Shown one piece after another: positions 1 to 9,148 of a DNA stretch of 64,000 bases (the first letter of the stretch is position 1; each line of letters begins with the position of its first letter). The DNA is from a virus (lineage: Duplodnaviria; Caudoviricetes). The translations under genes and the position numbers were made by a program. The notes below the pieces were generated by a model that saw nothing but the letters and a program-made list of their open reading frames with translations, did not search any database and had not been told where the DNA came from. The stretch spans positions 9,273 to 73,272 of the IMG/VR virus record IMGVR_UViG_3300044305_003112; one strand, 5' to 3'.

Positions 1-30
1 GTATTAGTTAGAGTAAAATTAGATTTTTAA
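1..30 (+). CDS. 3' end of an upstream gene (VLVRVKLDF*), probably a baseplate/tail structural protein paralogous to the next ORF
   Basis: Frame 1 reads VLVRVKLDF-TAA. This resembles the C-terminal strand of the next ORF (IIVNLTM). Only 10 codons are visible. Confidence 0.45.
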   Translation, partial: VLVRVKLDF

Positions 31-35
31 AATGA

Positions 36-1361
36 ATGGATGCTTACAAACAACTTACAACCAAAGATGTAGTAATAACCCCCTATGAAACTAATAGACA
101 TATAAAGTTTATTAGTGGTTCAATATCTCAATCTGGAATTGGATTATTTTATGGGTTAAAATCACCTAAAAACAAAGCAGATGTAACTCACACAGACACA
201 CAGTGGGATAACACATCCTATAGTACTGCACAAAAATGGCCAAGTCAATTAGCTTTTTATTATGGTACTGCATCAATTTCTCATGCATCATTTCCTTTAA
301 ATAATAAAACAGGTTTTTCATCACTTGAAGCCCAAAATATATACACTGTTTATAGTAATGTTAGACATCTATATTATACTAATTATGTTTCAAGAAGTTG
401 GGGAGATAGAGCTTATACACAAAGTTTAATACCAGGAGTAAATTCAGCAGGAAATCGTTTTTCAGCAAACCAAATTCATACATGGACAGGCTCATATAAT
501 GCTGCTATGTCTACAAGGTATGAAAATTATAAAATGAATACTATACAACAAGAAAGACATTTTATAGAGCAATATAGATCAAGTTCATATGGTATTCCTC
601 CTATGGGTTCAGTATCTACGGGTTATACAACAAACCTACCGTATGAATGTGCTGTTTTTAGTATTCCTCGTAGATTATATGGTGAAGCAATACAACCAAA
701 ATCTTTTCAATATATAATTACAGGATCTTTTAAATCCCCAGCAGCCGGCGTTTCAAGTGCATATATGACAAAAATATATGATGATGGTGAGGGAAATTTA
801 TATATGGATACATCTGCATCATATGCAACCGCCCCACAGCAACAGGGAGCTGCTAATAGATTATGGTGTGGTAATATTTTTTACCCCCATGGTATAGGTG
901 TTGTATTTGACTCAATGATTTCTAATAACTATGCTATGTATAATAATGCTACCCAATCAGCAGTAGCAGCCGTTGGTTTATACCCACATTTTTCCCAAAA
1001 TACTACAATGAAACCTCATTCATATAATGCAACTTACGCTAATTCTTTCATAAATAATGGCATAGCATCAGCTAGTATTGAATTTTCTTCATCAGTAAGA
1101 TTATGGGAACATCAATATAAAGTCACAATAAAAGATAGTGAATTTAATTACTCTTTAAACCACTCATTGTTAACAGGTAGTGCAGGAGTAAATAACCAAG
1201 TATATTTTGATTTTGCAACAGGCTCTTATTTTTCACCCTATTTAACTACAGTAGGATTATACAATAATGAAAAACAATTAATAGCAGTAGGTAAATTATC
1301 AGTACCTACCAAAATCCCAATTAATTCAGATTTAACTATTATAGTTAATCTTACTATGTAA
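36..1361 (+). CDS. virion structural protein, baseplate/tail-fibre-collar-like C-terminus
   Basis: 441 aa, S/T/Y/G-rich. The C-terminal YLTTVGLYNNEKQLIAVGKLSVP motif resembles tail-collar/baseplate attachment domains. Confidence 0.6.
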   Translation: MDAYKQLTTKDVVITPYETNRHIKFISGSISQSGIGLFYGLKSPKNKADVTHTDTQWDNTSYSTAQKWPSQLAFYYGTASISHASFPLNNKTGFSSLEAQNIYTVYSNVRHLYYTNYVSRSWGDRAYTQSLIPGVNSAGNRFSANQIHTWTGSYNAAMSTRYENYKMNTIQQERHFIEQYRSSSYGIPPMGSVSTGYTTNLPYECAVFSIPRRLYGEAIQPKSFQYIITGSFKSPAAGVSSAYMTKIYDDGEGNLYMDTSASYATAPQQQGAANRLWCGNIFYPHGIGVVFDSMISNNYAMYNNATQSAVAAVGLYPHFSQNTTMKPHSYNATYANSFINNGIASASIEFSSSVRLWEHQYKVTIKDSEFNYSLNHSLLTGSAGVNNQVYFDFATGSYFSPYLTTVGLYNNEKQLIAVGKLSVPTKIPINSDLTIIVNLTM

Positions 1362-1362
1362 T

Positions 1363-1818
1363 ATGAGTTGGACCTATAAAGGAAATAAAATTAAATCAAT
1401 TAATGATTTCGGTAAAGATATTATGGGGTTTGTATACTGTACAACTCACATACCTTCCGGTAAAAGTTATATTGGTAAAAAATTTTTAGTACATACTCAA
1501 AAAAGAAAATTAGCTAAAAAAGATTTAAAAGTATATGAAGGAGCAAAAGGAAGACCACCTAAATATAAGTTAGTCTCAAAAGAATCAGATTGGAAAACAT
1601 ATTATGGTTCCAATAAATACCTTCTAGAATTATTAAAAACAGAAGATAAAAGTAATTTCCAAAGAGAAATACTTCATTTATGTACAAGTAAAAAAAGATT
1701 AACTTATTATGAAATGAAATATCAATTTATTCATGAAGTTTTAGAAAGACCAGATGAATTTTTTAATGATAACATATTAGGTAAGTTTTTTACACGTGAC
1801 TTTGGAGATCCAAAATAA
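1363..1818 (+). CDS. GIY-YIG (T4 Seg-like) nuclease
   Basis: GFVYCTTHIPSGKSYIGKK (GIY-YIG variant), YYGS, and a conserved Glu in LTYYE; 151 aa. Confidence 0.8.
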   Translation: MSWTYKGNKIKSINDFGKDIMGFVYCTTHIPSGKSYIGKKFLVHTQKRKLAKKDLKVYEGAKGRPPKYKLVSKESDWKTYYGSNKYLLELLKTEDKSNFQREILHLCTSKKRLTYYEMKYQFIHEVLERPDEFFNDNILGKFFTRDFGDPK

Positions 1819-1832
1819 TCTTCATACATTAA
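1801..1832 (+). promoter_or_regulatory. Bacteroidota sigma-A-type promoter upstream of primase
   Basis: TTTG(1801-1804)-N20-TACATTAA(1825-1832). Confidence 0.65.
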
Positions 1833-1837
1833 TATTT

Positions 1838-2764
1838 ATGGTTAATGAACTACTTGCAAATTTAACAACATCTGTGTTAGGTACTGGAAAAAGAACAGCA
1901 AGAGGAAATCAAGCTTATAATTGTCCTTTTTGTAATCACCACAAACCTAAATTAGAAGTAAATTTTACTGAAAATAAAAAAGGATTAAATCCTTGGCATT
2001 GTTGGGTTTGTAATACTAAAGGCAATCGCCTTTCAACTTTATTTAAAAAAGTAGGAGCATCCCCAGAAAAATTTCAAGAATTAAAATCATTATCAAAAAC
2101 TGATTATGAGGTTGAAAATATTGTAGTAAAAAAATCATTAAATTTACCAAAAGAATATAAATCATTATTAGAATCAAAAGACATTATTACTAAACATGCT
2201 TTGGTTTATTTAAAAAATAGAGGCATAACTAAAGATGATATTGAAAAATATAATATAGGTTATTGTGAAAATGGAAGATATGCTAAAATGATTATAATAC
2301 CATCTTATGACAGTAAAGGTAATTTAAATTACTTTACAGGTCGTTCATTTGAAAAAGACCCATATGTAAAATACAGAAACCCAGAAGCAAGTAGAGATAT
2401 TATACCTAATGAACATTTAATTAATTGGAATTTACCTTTAGTTATTTGTGAAGGAATGTTTGATGCCATTGCTATTAAACGTAATGCTATTCCCTTATTA
2501 GGTAAAAATATACAATCTACTTTAATGAAAAAAATAGTAACATCAACTATTAAAAAAATATATATTGCATTAGATAAAGATGCACAAAAACAATCGTTAG
2601 ATTTTTGTAAAAAATTTATAGATGAAGGAAAAGAAGTTTATCTTGTTGAATTAAAAGATAAGGATCCCTCAGAAATGGGTTTTGAACAATTTACTAATTT
2701 AATTCAAAATACTCTTCCATTAACATATTCAAATTTAATGGAAAAGAAAATAATGTTAGCATGA
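1838..2764 (+). CDS. gp61: DNA primase (Zn-finger + TOPRIM), T4 gp61-like
   Basis: CPFC..H..WHCWVC Zn finger, ICEGMFDAIA and LDKDA TOPRIM motifs. ATG 1838 is preferred over GTG 1796 because the promoter lies between them. Confidence 0.93.
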   Translation: MVNELLANLTTSVLGTGKRTARGNQAYNCPFCNHHKPKLEVNFTENKKGLNPWHCWVCNTKGNRLSTLFKKVGASPEKFQELKSLSKTDYEVENIVVKKSLNLPKEYKSLLESKDIITKHALVYLKNRGITKDDIEKYNIGYCENGRYAKMIIIPSYDSKGNLNYFTGRSFEKDPYVKYRNPEASRDIIPNEHLINWNLPLVICEGMFDAIAIKRNAIPLLGKNIQSTLMKKIVTSTIKKIYIALDKDAQKQSLDFCKKFIDEGKEVYLVELKDKDPSEMGFEQFTNLIQNTLPLTYSNLMEKKIMLA

Positions 2765-3534
2765 AAAAACCCAATATAAAAAAATCTTACAATAGAATTT
2801 TAGAAATAAGTGAAGATTCAAAACAAATAACGCTACCAGATTCTAGATATTATAGAAGAAATGGTAAATATTATCCATCTATAACTTATGTTTTAAGTTA
2901 TTATCCTAAAGGAAAACATTTCCAAGATTGGTTAAAAAAAGTAGGATACTCAGCCGATTGGATTGTTAAAAAAGCAGGAGAAGAAGGTACTTTAGTACAT
3001 GAAATGTGTGAAGATTATTTAAATGGTAAAGAATTAAAGTTCCTAACAGAATCGGGTAATCCTCAATATAATCCTGATATTTGGCAAATGTTTTTAAGAT
3101 TTGTTGACTTTTGGGAAACACATAACCCAACATTAATAGAAACAGAAGTACATATATTTTCAGATGAATTAAAAGTAGCAGGTACTTGTGATATGATATG
3201 TGAAATAGATGGTGAATTATGGATTATAGATTTTAAAACATCTAACCATTTACAAACAACATATGAATTACAAACAGCAGTTTATGGTAAATGTTATGAA
3301 GAATGTTATGGTAAAAAAGCAGATAGGTATGGTATACTTTGGTTAAAATCTTCTAAAAGAAAACCCAAAGAAGGAATGATACAAGGTAAAGGATGGGAAG
3401 TATATGAATCAAAAAGAACACAAGAAGAAAATATTGATATTTTTAACACAGTTAAAAAATTATTTGATTTAGAAAATCCAAGACATTCTCCATCATTCAC
3501 AGAGTTTAGAACGTCAGCTAAAAGAAATTTATGA
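2761..3534 (+). CDS. PD-(D/E)XK exonuclease (Cas4/RecB-like phage exonuclease)
   Basis: YPSITYVL, GTLVHEMCE, AGTCDMI, IIDFKTS, QTAVY motifs. Confidence 0.88.
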   Translation: MKKPNIKKSYNRILEISEDSKQITLPDSRYYRRNGKYYPSITYVLSYYPKGKHFQDWLKKVGYSADWIVKKAGEEGTLVHEMCEDYLNGKELKFLTESGNPQYNPDIWQMFLRFVDFWETHNPTLIETEVHIFSDELKVAGTCDMICEIDGELWIIDFKTSNHLQTTYELQTAVYGKCYEECYGKKADRYGILWLKSSKRKPKEGMIQGKGWEVYESKRTQEENIDIFNTVKKLFDLENPRHSPSFTEFRTSAKRNL

Positions 3535-3542
3535 TATTTATA
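3535..3542 (+). promoter_or_regulatory. putative late promoter motif TATTTATA
   Basis: 13 nt before ATG 3556; the motif recurs in the gaps before late genes. Confidence 0.55.
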
Positions 3543-3555
3543 ACAAAATTGTATT

Positions 3556-4356
3556 ATGATAAGTTTAACCCAATTATTAAGTGAAGTAGAAAGTGGACCA
3601 AAAGCTATAATTTTAGCAGGAGCACCCGGTGCTGGTAAAGGTTATATTTTAAAAGGATTAGATTTAGGAGGATTAAAAATATTAAATATAGATGATATTT
3701 ATATTCAAAATTTAAAAAATGCAAATGTATCTTTAAATTTAAAAAAATCTTCACCTGAAGAAAGAAGTCTATCAGCCAAAGCAATGGCAGCAGCTAATAA
3801 AGAATTTAAAGGTAATGTTGCTTCTACAATTGAAAATAAAGAATCATTCATATTAGATGGCACAGGCGCTTCATATAATCAAACTGTTAAATTAAAAAAT
3901 GAATTAGAAGAAGCAGGATATAATGTATTTATGCTTTATGTTTATACTGATTTAGAGCGTTCATTAAAACAAAATCAAGATAGATTTGAAAAATCAGGTG
4001 GTAAAGATAGAAGTTTAGCCCCAGCTATAGTAATGCGTACATGGAATTCAGTAACTAAAAATCATAGTCCTTATAAAGAATTATTTGGTAATAATTTTGT
4101 TTCAGTTGCTAATACTTTAGAAGATGAAAAAATGGATAATTTAGAAGATATAATAAAAACCTATTTAGATCCTTTTAAACCTCAAAATACAAAACCTAAA
4201 GATGAAAAAGCTAAAGCAAGATCTGCTAAATCAAAAGCAGAATTAGAAGCAGATTTAAAATTATTATTATCTGACGAAGGGGTAAAAGATATTATAAACA
4301 CATCAGTATCAAGGGAAGAAGCACAATCAAAAATAAAGACATTTTTAACTAGATGA
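3556..4356 (+). CDS. P-loop kinase (zeta-toxin/AAA_33/Pnk-kinase-like) with a short N-terminal leader ending LLSE
   Basis: ILAGAPGAGKG Walker A, LNIDD, FILDGTG, LYVYTDLE..R lid region. Confidence 0.8.
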   Translation: MISLTQLLSEVESGPKAIILAGAPGAGKGYILKGLDLGGLKILNIDDIYIQNLKNANVSLNLKKSSPEERSLSAKAMAAANKEFKGNVASTIENKESFILDGTGASYNQTVKLKNELEEAGYNVFMLYVYTDLERSLKQNQDRFEKSGGKDRSLAPAIVMRTWNSVTKNHSPYKELFGNNFVSVANTLEDEKMDNLEDIIKTYLDPFKPQNTKPKDEKAKARSAKSKAELEADLKLLLSDEGVKDIINTSVSREEAQSKIKTFLTR

Positions 4357-6359
4357 ATGAACTAACAAAAGAATTAGTAAGAGGATTAATGGAAGTAGAT
4401 GATACTAAAGTAGTTGCTCTTTATGGAGGTGGTTTTAAACCCCCCATAAGAGGACACTTTAATGTTGTTAAACAAGCTTTAGCTGAATACCCTGAAATTG
4501 ATGAATTCCGAATTTTTGTTGGAGGATTAGAAAGAGATGGAATAGATCAAACAGAATCTTTATTAATTTGGGACATTTATAAAAATTATTTACCTCAAAA
4601 AGTAAAAATTATACCAGCTAAAAATCCAATTGGAGATATTTATAGAGCTCCTAAAAATGATCCTGAATTAGAATTTTATTGGGTTATAGGAAAAAGAGAA
4701 GGAGAGGAAGATGATGAATATGATATAAAAACAAGATCAGCCCCATTAATAACAAACCCAGATAAATACCCAAATTTAAATTTAAAAACTATAACAACAT
4801 CAGACTCAAATATGAGAGCTAGAAATGCTAGAAAAGCTTTAACATTAGATTCTGATGAGTTTAAAAATTTTTTACCTCATGAATTAAGTGATGAAGATAA
4901 AGAAGAAGTATATAATATAGCATCTACAAAATTAATAAATGAAAATATTACTAAAAATCAATTAGATTCAATTGAATCATATGCTGATGGTTTATTTAAT
5001 AAATTAGGAATTGACATCGATTTTACAAAACATTTTTTTGATAGATTAAATGACATTAGAAATAAAAAACCAATATCAGTAGCTGAATTAATAGGTATAT
5101 TTAAAAAATTATATAAAAAACACGGTAAACCTTTATCAAAAACTGAAGATGATTTAGAAGCTGTTGTAAAAGATTTTAATAAAAATATTAATATTCCTTT
5201 TGTAATTGATGTAGATCAAAATGGAATAGATATGACTGCAAAAACTATAATGAGGAAACAAGATTTTCAAACATCTAATCCAGTTATCCCTTTAGAAGAA
5301 AATGCAACATATTCAGATTATATAGATTATAAAGGAAAAATAAAAGATTTAACTAAACATATGATAAAAATGGGTTTAAATATTTTACCCCTACCTAAAG
5401 TAATATTTTATCATAGTGAAAAATCAAATGCTAAAAATTTTTTCGGAAAAACTGCATATTATAACCCTGAAACTAAAACTATAGTATTATATACTGAAGG
5501 TAGACATCCAAAAGATATAGTAAGATCATTTTCTCATGAAATGATTCATCACATACAAAATTTAGAAGATAGATTAGGTGATATAATGACTACAAATACT
5601 AATGAAGATGATGAATTAGATGCAATAGAAAGAGAAGCATATCAAGAAGGGAATATGATTTTTAGAAATTGGACAGATTCTATTGATGGTGAAATTACTA
5701 CTGACATAGAAGAAGGAGGTTCATTAATTCCTATTAAAGTCGAAAAAACAAAAAAGGATCCATTTGGACTAAATGCTTATGCTTTAGAATTAGCTAAAGG
5801 TTTAGAAGAAACTATTGATTTACCTAACCATGATGGTAAAGCGGCTCCCTATGGATCAGGTTATAAACCTATAACAGAAGATGAAAAATATACTATATAT
5901 TCTGATATGGATGGTGTAATAGCTGATTTTGATACTAGATTTAAACAATTCTCAGATGGAATACCACCATCAGATTATGTAGATAAATTTGGTTTAGAAA
6001 AATTTTGGGAATTAATTGATGACGAAGTAGGAGTTAGATTTTGGACAGGAATTGAATGGATGCCAGGAAGCCAAGAATATTGGGATTACATTAAAAAATA
6101 CAATCCCATATTACTATCAGCTCCCTCACGTAATAATGAATCTAGATTAGGAAAAAGAGTATGGGCAAAACGTAATTTACCGGGTGTTAAATTAATTTTA
6201 GCTTTTGCTAATAATAAAAAAAATTATGCTAATGAAAATTCAATATTAATTGATGATAGAGAAAAAAACATCAATCAATGGAAAGAAGCAGGTGGAATAG
6301 GAATTTTACATACTAGTGTAGCTTCAACTATTGCTCAATTAAAAGAATTAGGTTTATGA
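4353..6359 (+). CDS. multidomain protein: HIGH-family nucleotidyltransferase + FTKHFFDR domain + HExxH metallopeptidase-like domain + HAD 5'(3')-nucleotidase-like domain
   Basis: YGGGFKPPIRGH (aa 24-35), FTKHFFDRLND, FSHEMIHHIQ (H395), IYSDMDGVIADF (D518), ILIDDREKN. Confidence 0.8.
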   Translation: MNELTKELVRGLMEVDDTKVVALYGGGFKPPIRGHFNVVKQALAEYPEIDEFRIFVGGLERDGIDQTESLLIWDIYKNYLPQKVKIIPAKNPIGDIYRAPKNDPELEFYWVIGKREGEEDDEYDIKTRSAPLITNPDKYPNLNLKTITTSDSNMRARNARKALTLDSDEFKNFLPHELSDEDKEEVYNIASTKLINENITKNQLDSIESYADGLFNKLGIDIDFTKHFFDRLNDIRNKKPISVAELIGIFKKLYKKHGKPLSKTEDDLEAVVKDFNKNINIPFVIDVDQNGIDMTAKTIMRKQDFQTSNPVIPLEENATYSDYIDYKGKIKDLTKHMIKMGLNILPLPKVIFYHSEKSNAKNFFGKTAYYNPETKTIVLYTEGRHPKDIVRSFSHEMIHHIQNLEDRLGDIMTTNTNEDDELDAIEREAYQEGNMIFRNWTDSIDGEITTDIEEGGSLIPIKVEKTKKDPFGLNAYALELAKGLEETIDLPNHDGKAAPYGSGYKPITEDEKYTIYSDMDGVIADFDTRFKQFSDGIPPSDYVDKFGLEKFWELIDDEVGVRFWTGIEWMPGSQEYWDYIKKYNPILLSAPSRNNESRLGKRVWAKRNLPGVKLILAFANNKKNYANENSILIDDREKNINQWKEAGGIGILHTSVASTIAQLKELGL

Positions 6360-6931
6360 AAGAAAATATTTTAAAAAAAGAATGGTCAAAAAGAGATGTT
6401 AAACGTGCTCGTAATATTCTATCAGGAAAAACTAACGAACGTACTATTAAAGGAGTAGGTTATTCTAAAAAAAATGAATTCCACAAAGAAGGAGATATTT
6501 GGGAAGAAGATGGTAGAAAATGGACTATTAAAAATGGATTAAAACAAAACATTACTAAATATGATAAAGTAAAAAAAATGGTAAGAACACCTTTATTTTG
6601 TCCTAGTTGTAATAAGTTAATGAAACATAAATTTGATCCTGATTTTTTTAGAGTTCATAAAACATGTTATGAATGTTATTTATATTTTGAATCTGAATTA
6701 AAGCAAAGGGGCGTTTGGGAAGAATATGAAAAAAATATACATAATGGAGAATTAAATGCTTTTATAAATGAATTTAAAAATTGGTTTGAAGATCAATTAA
6801 ATAATGAAACAAATAAATCATTTATTACTGAACAAGGTGATGTAGAAAATTGGAAAGGTGGAATAAATAAATCTAGAGCTTTAGAAAGTTTAGAAAAAAC
6901 AATAAAATATTTAGAAAATTTAAAGAAATAA
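6356..6931 (+). CDS. hypothetical protein with a CxxC...CxxC Zn-binding motif
   Basis: CPSC and CYEC; translationally coupled to the previous gene (ATGA overlap). Confidence 0.8.
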   Translation: MKENILKKEWSKRDVKRARNILSGKTNERTIKGVGYSKKNEFHKEGDIWEEDGRKWTIKNGLKQNITKYDKVKKMVRTPLFCPSCNKLMKHKFDPDFFRVHKTCYECYLYFESELKQRGVWEEYEKNIHNGELNAFINEFKNWFEDQLNNETNKSFITEQGDVENWKGGINKSRALESLEKTIKYLENLKK

Positions 6932-6942
6932 AGAAAAATATA

Positions 6943-6950
6943 TATTTATA
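6943..6950 (+). promoter_or_regulatory. putative late promoter motif TATTTATA
   Basis: in the gap before ATG 6967. Confidence 0.55.
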
Positions 6951-6966
6951 AAATATAACTATAATT

Positions 6967-7602
6967 ATGAGTGATTTTAATATACATAAATGGAATAAAA
7001 GTAGATATTTAAAAGAAGGAAATATCAAAGAAGATAATTATAAGTTAGTTAATAGTATCTCAAATATAGCAGATATGTATTCATATGGTGAAATATTAGA
7101 TGCATTAGAGTCATTTTACATCAAAAATGATGAACAAAAATCTGCTGAAATAGCAAGAAAACATGCTAAAGAATTTAGAGAATTTTTAGGCCCAGATGAA
7201 GAAGAAGATTTATATAATGAATTAAGTAATATAGGCATAAATGAAAAAAAAAACTTAAATGAAAGTAGTAAACACCAATTAAATCAATTAAGTTGGGATT
7301 TTATATTAAGAGCACTGCCTGGATTTGGAGAAGAATGGGATGAACTTCATTTAGAAACACCAACTGACGCTGATAGAGTCGTCAGCAATGAGCGTAGCTT
7401 TGATATGTGGTTAGAAGATATGGTTAAAATGGGATATGGAAAAGAAGAAGTAATTATAGACCCTGAAGGTAAAGATTGGATGGGTAGAGTTAATATACGA
7501 AGTGGAGGTGTTAAAATTGTAGGTGATAAATTTACTAAAGATAAACAAGAATATATTGATGGTAAAGCAGCTACATTAAAAAGTTGGGGTACTACTAATT
7601 AA
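6967..7602 (+). CDS. hypothetical acidic protein, probable capsid-internal protein
   Basis: N-terminal leader ending YLKE, further IKE/INE/LNE sites; located in the head-gene cluster. Confidence 0.7.
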   Translation: MSDFNIHKWNKSRYLKEGNIKEDNYKLVNSISNIADMYSYGEILDALESFYIKNDEQKSAEIARKHAKEFREFLGPDEEEDLYNELSNIGINEKKNLNESSKHQLNQLSWDFILRALPGFGEEWDELHLETPTDADRVVSNERSFDMWLEDMVKMGYGKEEVIIDPEGKDWMGRVNIRSGGVKIVGDKFTKDKQEYIDGKAATLKSWGTTN

Positions 7603-7607
7603 AAAAT

Positions 7608-8255
7608 ATGAAATTTTCATCAACTAAATTACTAAAAGAAAATAAAATAACTCCTAATCAAGAAGATGAGTTAATGGATATGATGTTATCATACATTAAA
7701 GATCCCGATGATGCTGAAAAAAAAATAGAAGATTACTTATATGGTAATTTAAGTAATGATTATACCCCATTTGATATAAGAACCTTTGGAAATATCCCCT
7801 CAGATTTTGAAGATGAAATTATTGCATGGACAAAAAAACATAATTTAAACGAAGCAGAAGAAGGAGAAAATGATAATAGAGTATCTCAAGCTGAATTAAT
7901 TCTTCCTAGAGGTAAAAAAGTTGTTTTACAAGCAGAAGAAAAAGATTATAAAAGAGGATTAATAGTAGAACTAACAGAAGAAGGAGGATATAAAATAAAT
8001 TACTGGTATGGTGATGATGTTAAAGTATACCCCGCTGAAGTATTAGTTGATGGAGAATCTATTAAACCTGATGCCAATGAAGTTTATATAAAATTTCATC
8101 CTGAATTAGAAGAAGGTACTTGTGGGTATGATAAAACAGGAAATATTGACCCAGAAAACACAACATTTAAAACCCCGGGTGGGTTAAAAAGCATACCTGG
8201 TGAAAAAAGAACAGAATTAATTAAAAAAATAATGGAAAAACTTAAATCTAAATAG
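7608..8255 (+). CDS. hypothetical acidic protein, probable capsid-internal protein
   Basis: MKFSSTKLLKE leader, LNE and LEE at apparent segment boundaries. Confidence 0.7.
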   Translation: MKFSSTKLLKENKITPNQEDELMDMMLSYIKDPDDAEKKIEDYLYGNLSNDYTPFDIRTFGNIPSDFEDEIIAWTKKHNLNEAEEGENDNRVSQAELILPRGKKVVLQAEEKDYKRGLIVELTEEGGYKINYWYGDDVKVYPAEVLVDGESIKPDANEVYIKFHPELEEGTCGYDKTGNIDPENTTFKTPGGLKSIPGEKRTELIKKIMEKLKSK

Positions 8256-8264
8256 ATTTTAACA

Positions 8265-8272
8265 TATTTATA
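8265..8272 (+). promoter_or_regulatory. putative late promoter motif TATTTATA(AATA)
   Basis: in the gap before ATG 8290. Confidence 0.55.
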
Positions 8273-8289
8273 AATAAAAATATACAATC

Positions 8290-9147
8290 ATGAGTGAATT
8301 TAACTATAAAGATTATTTAAAAAACAATCCTCTTTTAAAAAATGAAAAAGAGTCTTTAAAAGAAGAAGTTAAAAAGTCTTCATCTAAGATAACAATATCT
8401 GAATTAAAGAAAAAAATTAAAGAAAAAATACTAAAAGAATCTGATGCTGTGTCTTGGAAATATAATAATAATCCAACAAAAGGAGGCACTTTAGATTTAG
8501 ACCCTAAAAAAGTAGGAAAGTCAACAGTACAAGAAGACGAAGAAGTAGAAGATACTGAAAATGTTGATGTTAAAGATACTGAAAACGTTGATGTTGACAC
8601 AGAAACAGACATTGATGTAACAGATGATGAATCTGTAGCAGTTGATGATGAATCATCAGAAGCAGAAACAAATATCGATGTTAAAATGCCTGGTGAAGTA
8701 AATAAAAATGTTGAATTAATTCAAGGTTTACTAACCAAAGCTCAACAAACAGCTGAAAAATTAGGTGATGCTAAATTATTAGATCAAATTGGAAATACTA
8801 TTACTTATTTTACAAGAGCTCATGTTGTAAAATCTAATGTAGAAGAATCACTTGAAGAAGCAGTTGTTGACTTTGAATTACCCGCACCAATAGCAACTAA
8901 AGCAAATCAAATGGTTAAAGATGTTGGTGATATGGCTAGAATAATATTAGCATTAATAGATCAAATATCAGCAAAAGAACAAGTAAATTTTGATAAAAAT
9001 GCATTCTTTAAAATAGCTATACAAAAATTAACTGATTTAGAACAAAAAGACCAAACAAAATCAGGAGAAGAAGAAGAAGTTGAAACAAAAGAAACAGAAA
9101 CAGAAGAAACAGAAACAGTAACGTCATCAGCAACAGAAAAGGTATAA
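8290..9147 (+). CDS. highly acidic hypothetical protein, probable prohead core/internal protein
   Basis: D/E/T low-complexity tracts and many LKE/VEE/LEE sites. Confidence 0.75.
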   Translation: MSEFNYKDYLKNNPLLKNEKESLKEEVKKSSSKITISELKKKIKEKILKESDAVSWKYNNNPTKGGTLDLDPKKVGKSTVQEDEEVEDTENVDVKDTENVDVDTETDIDVTDDESVAVDDESSEAETNIDVKMPGEVNKNVELIQGLLTKAQQTAEKLGDAKLLDQIGNTITYFTRAHVVKSNVEESLEEAVVDFELPAPIATKANQMVKDVGDMARIILALIDQISAKEQVNFDKNAFFKIAIQKLTDLEQKDQTKSGEEEEVETKETETEETETVTSSATEKV

Positions 9148-9148
9148 A

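Noticed and set aside
1796-1837. Longer GTG start for primase (and the TTG start at 20669 for the 20690 gene)
   Set aside because: The extension overlaps the upstream gene and the promoter, so downstream ATGs fit better.
3556-4356. Zeta-epsilon toxin-antitoxin module
   Set aside because: There is no small adjacent antitoxin gene. The context is a late head cluster, so only the kinase fold is supported.
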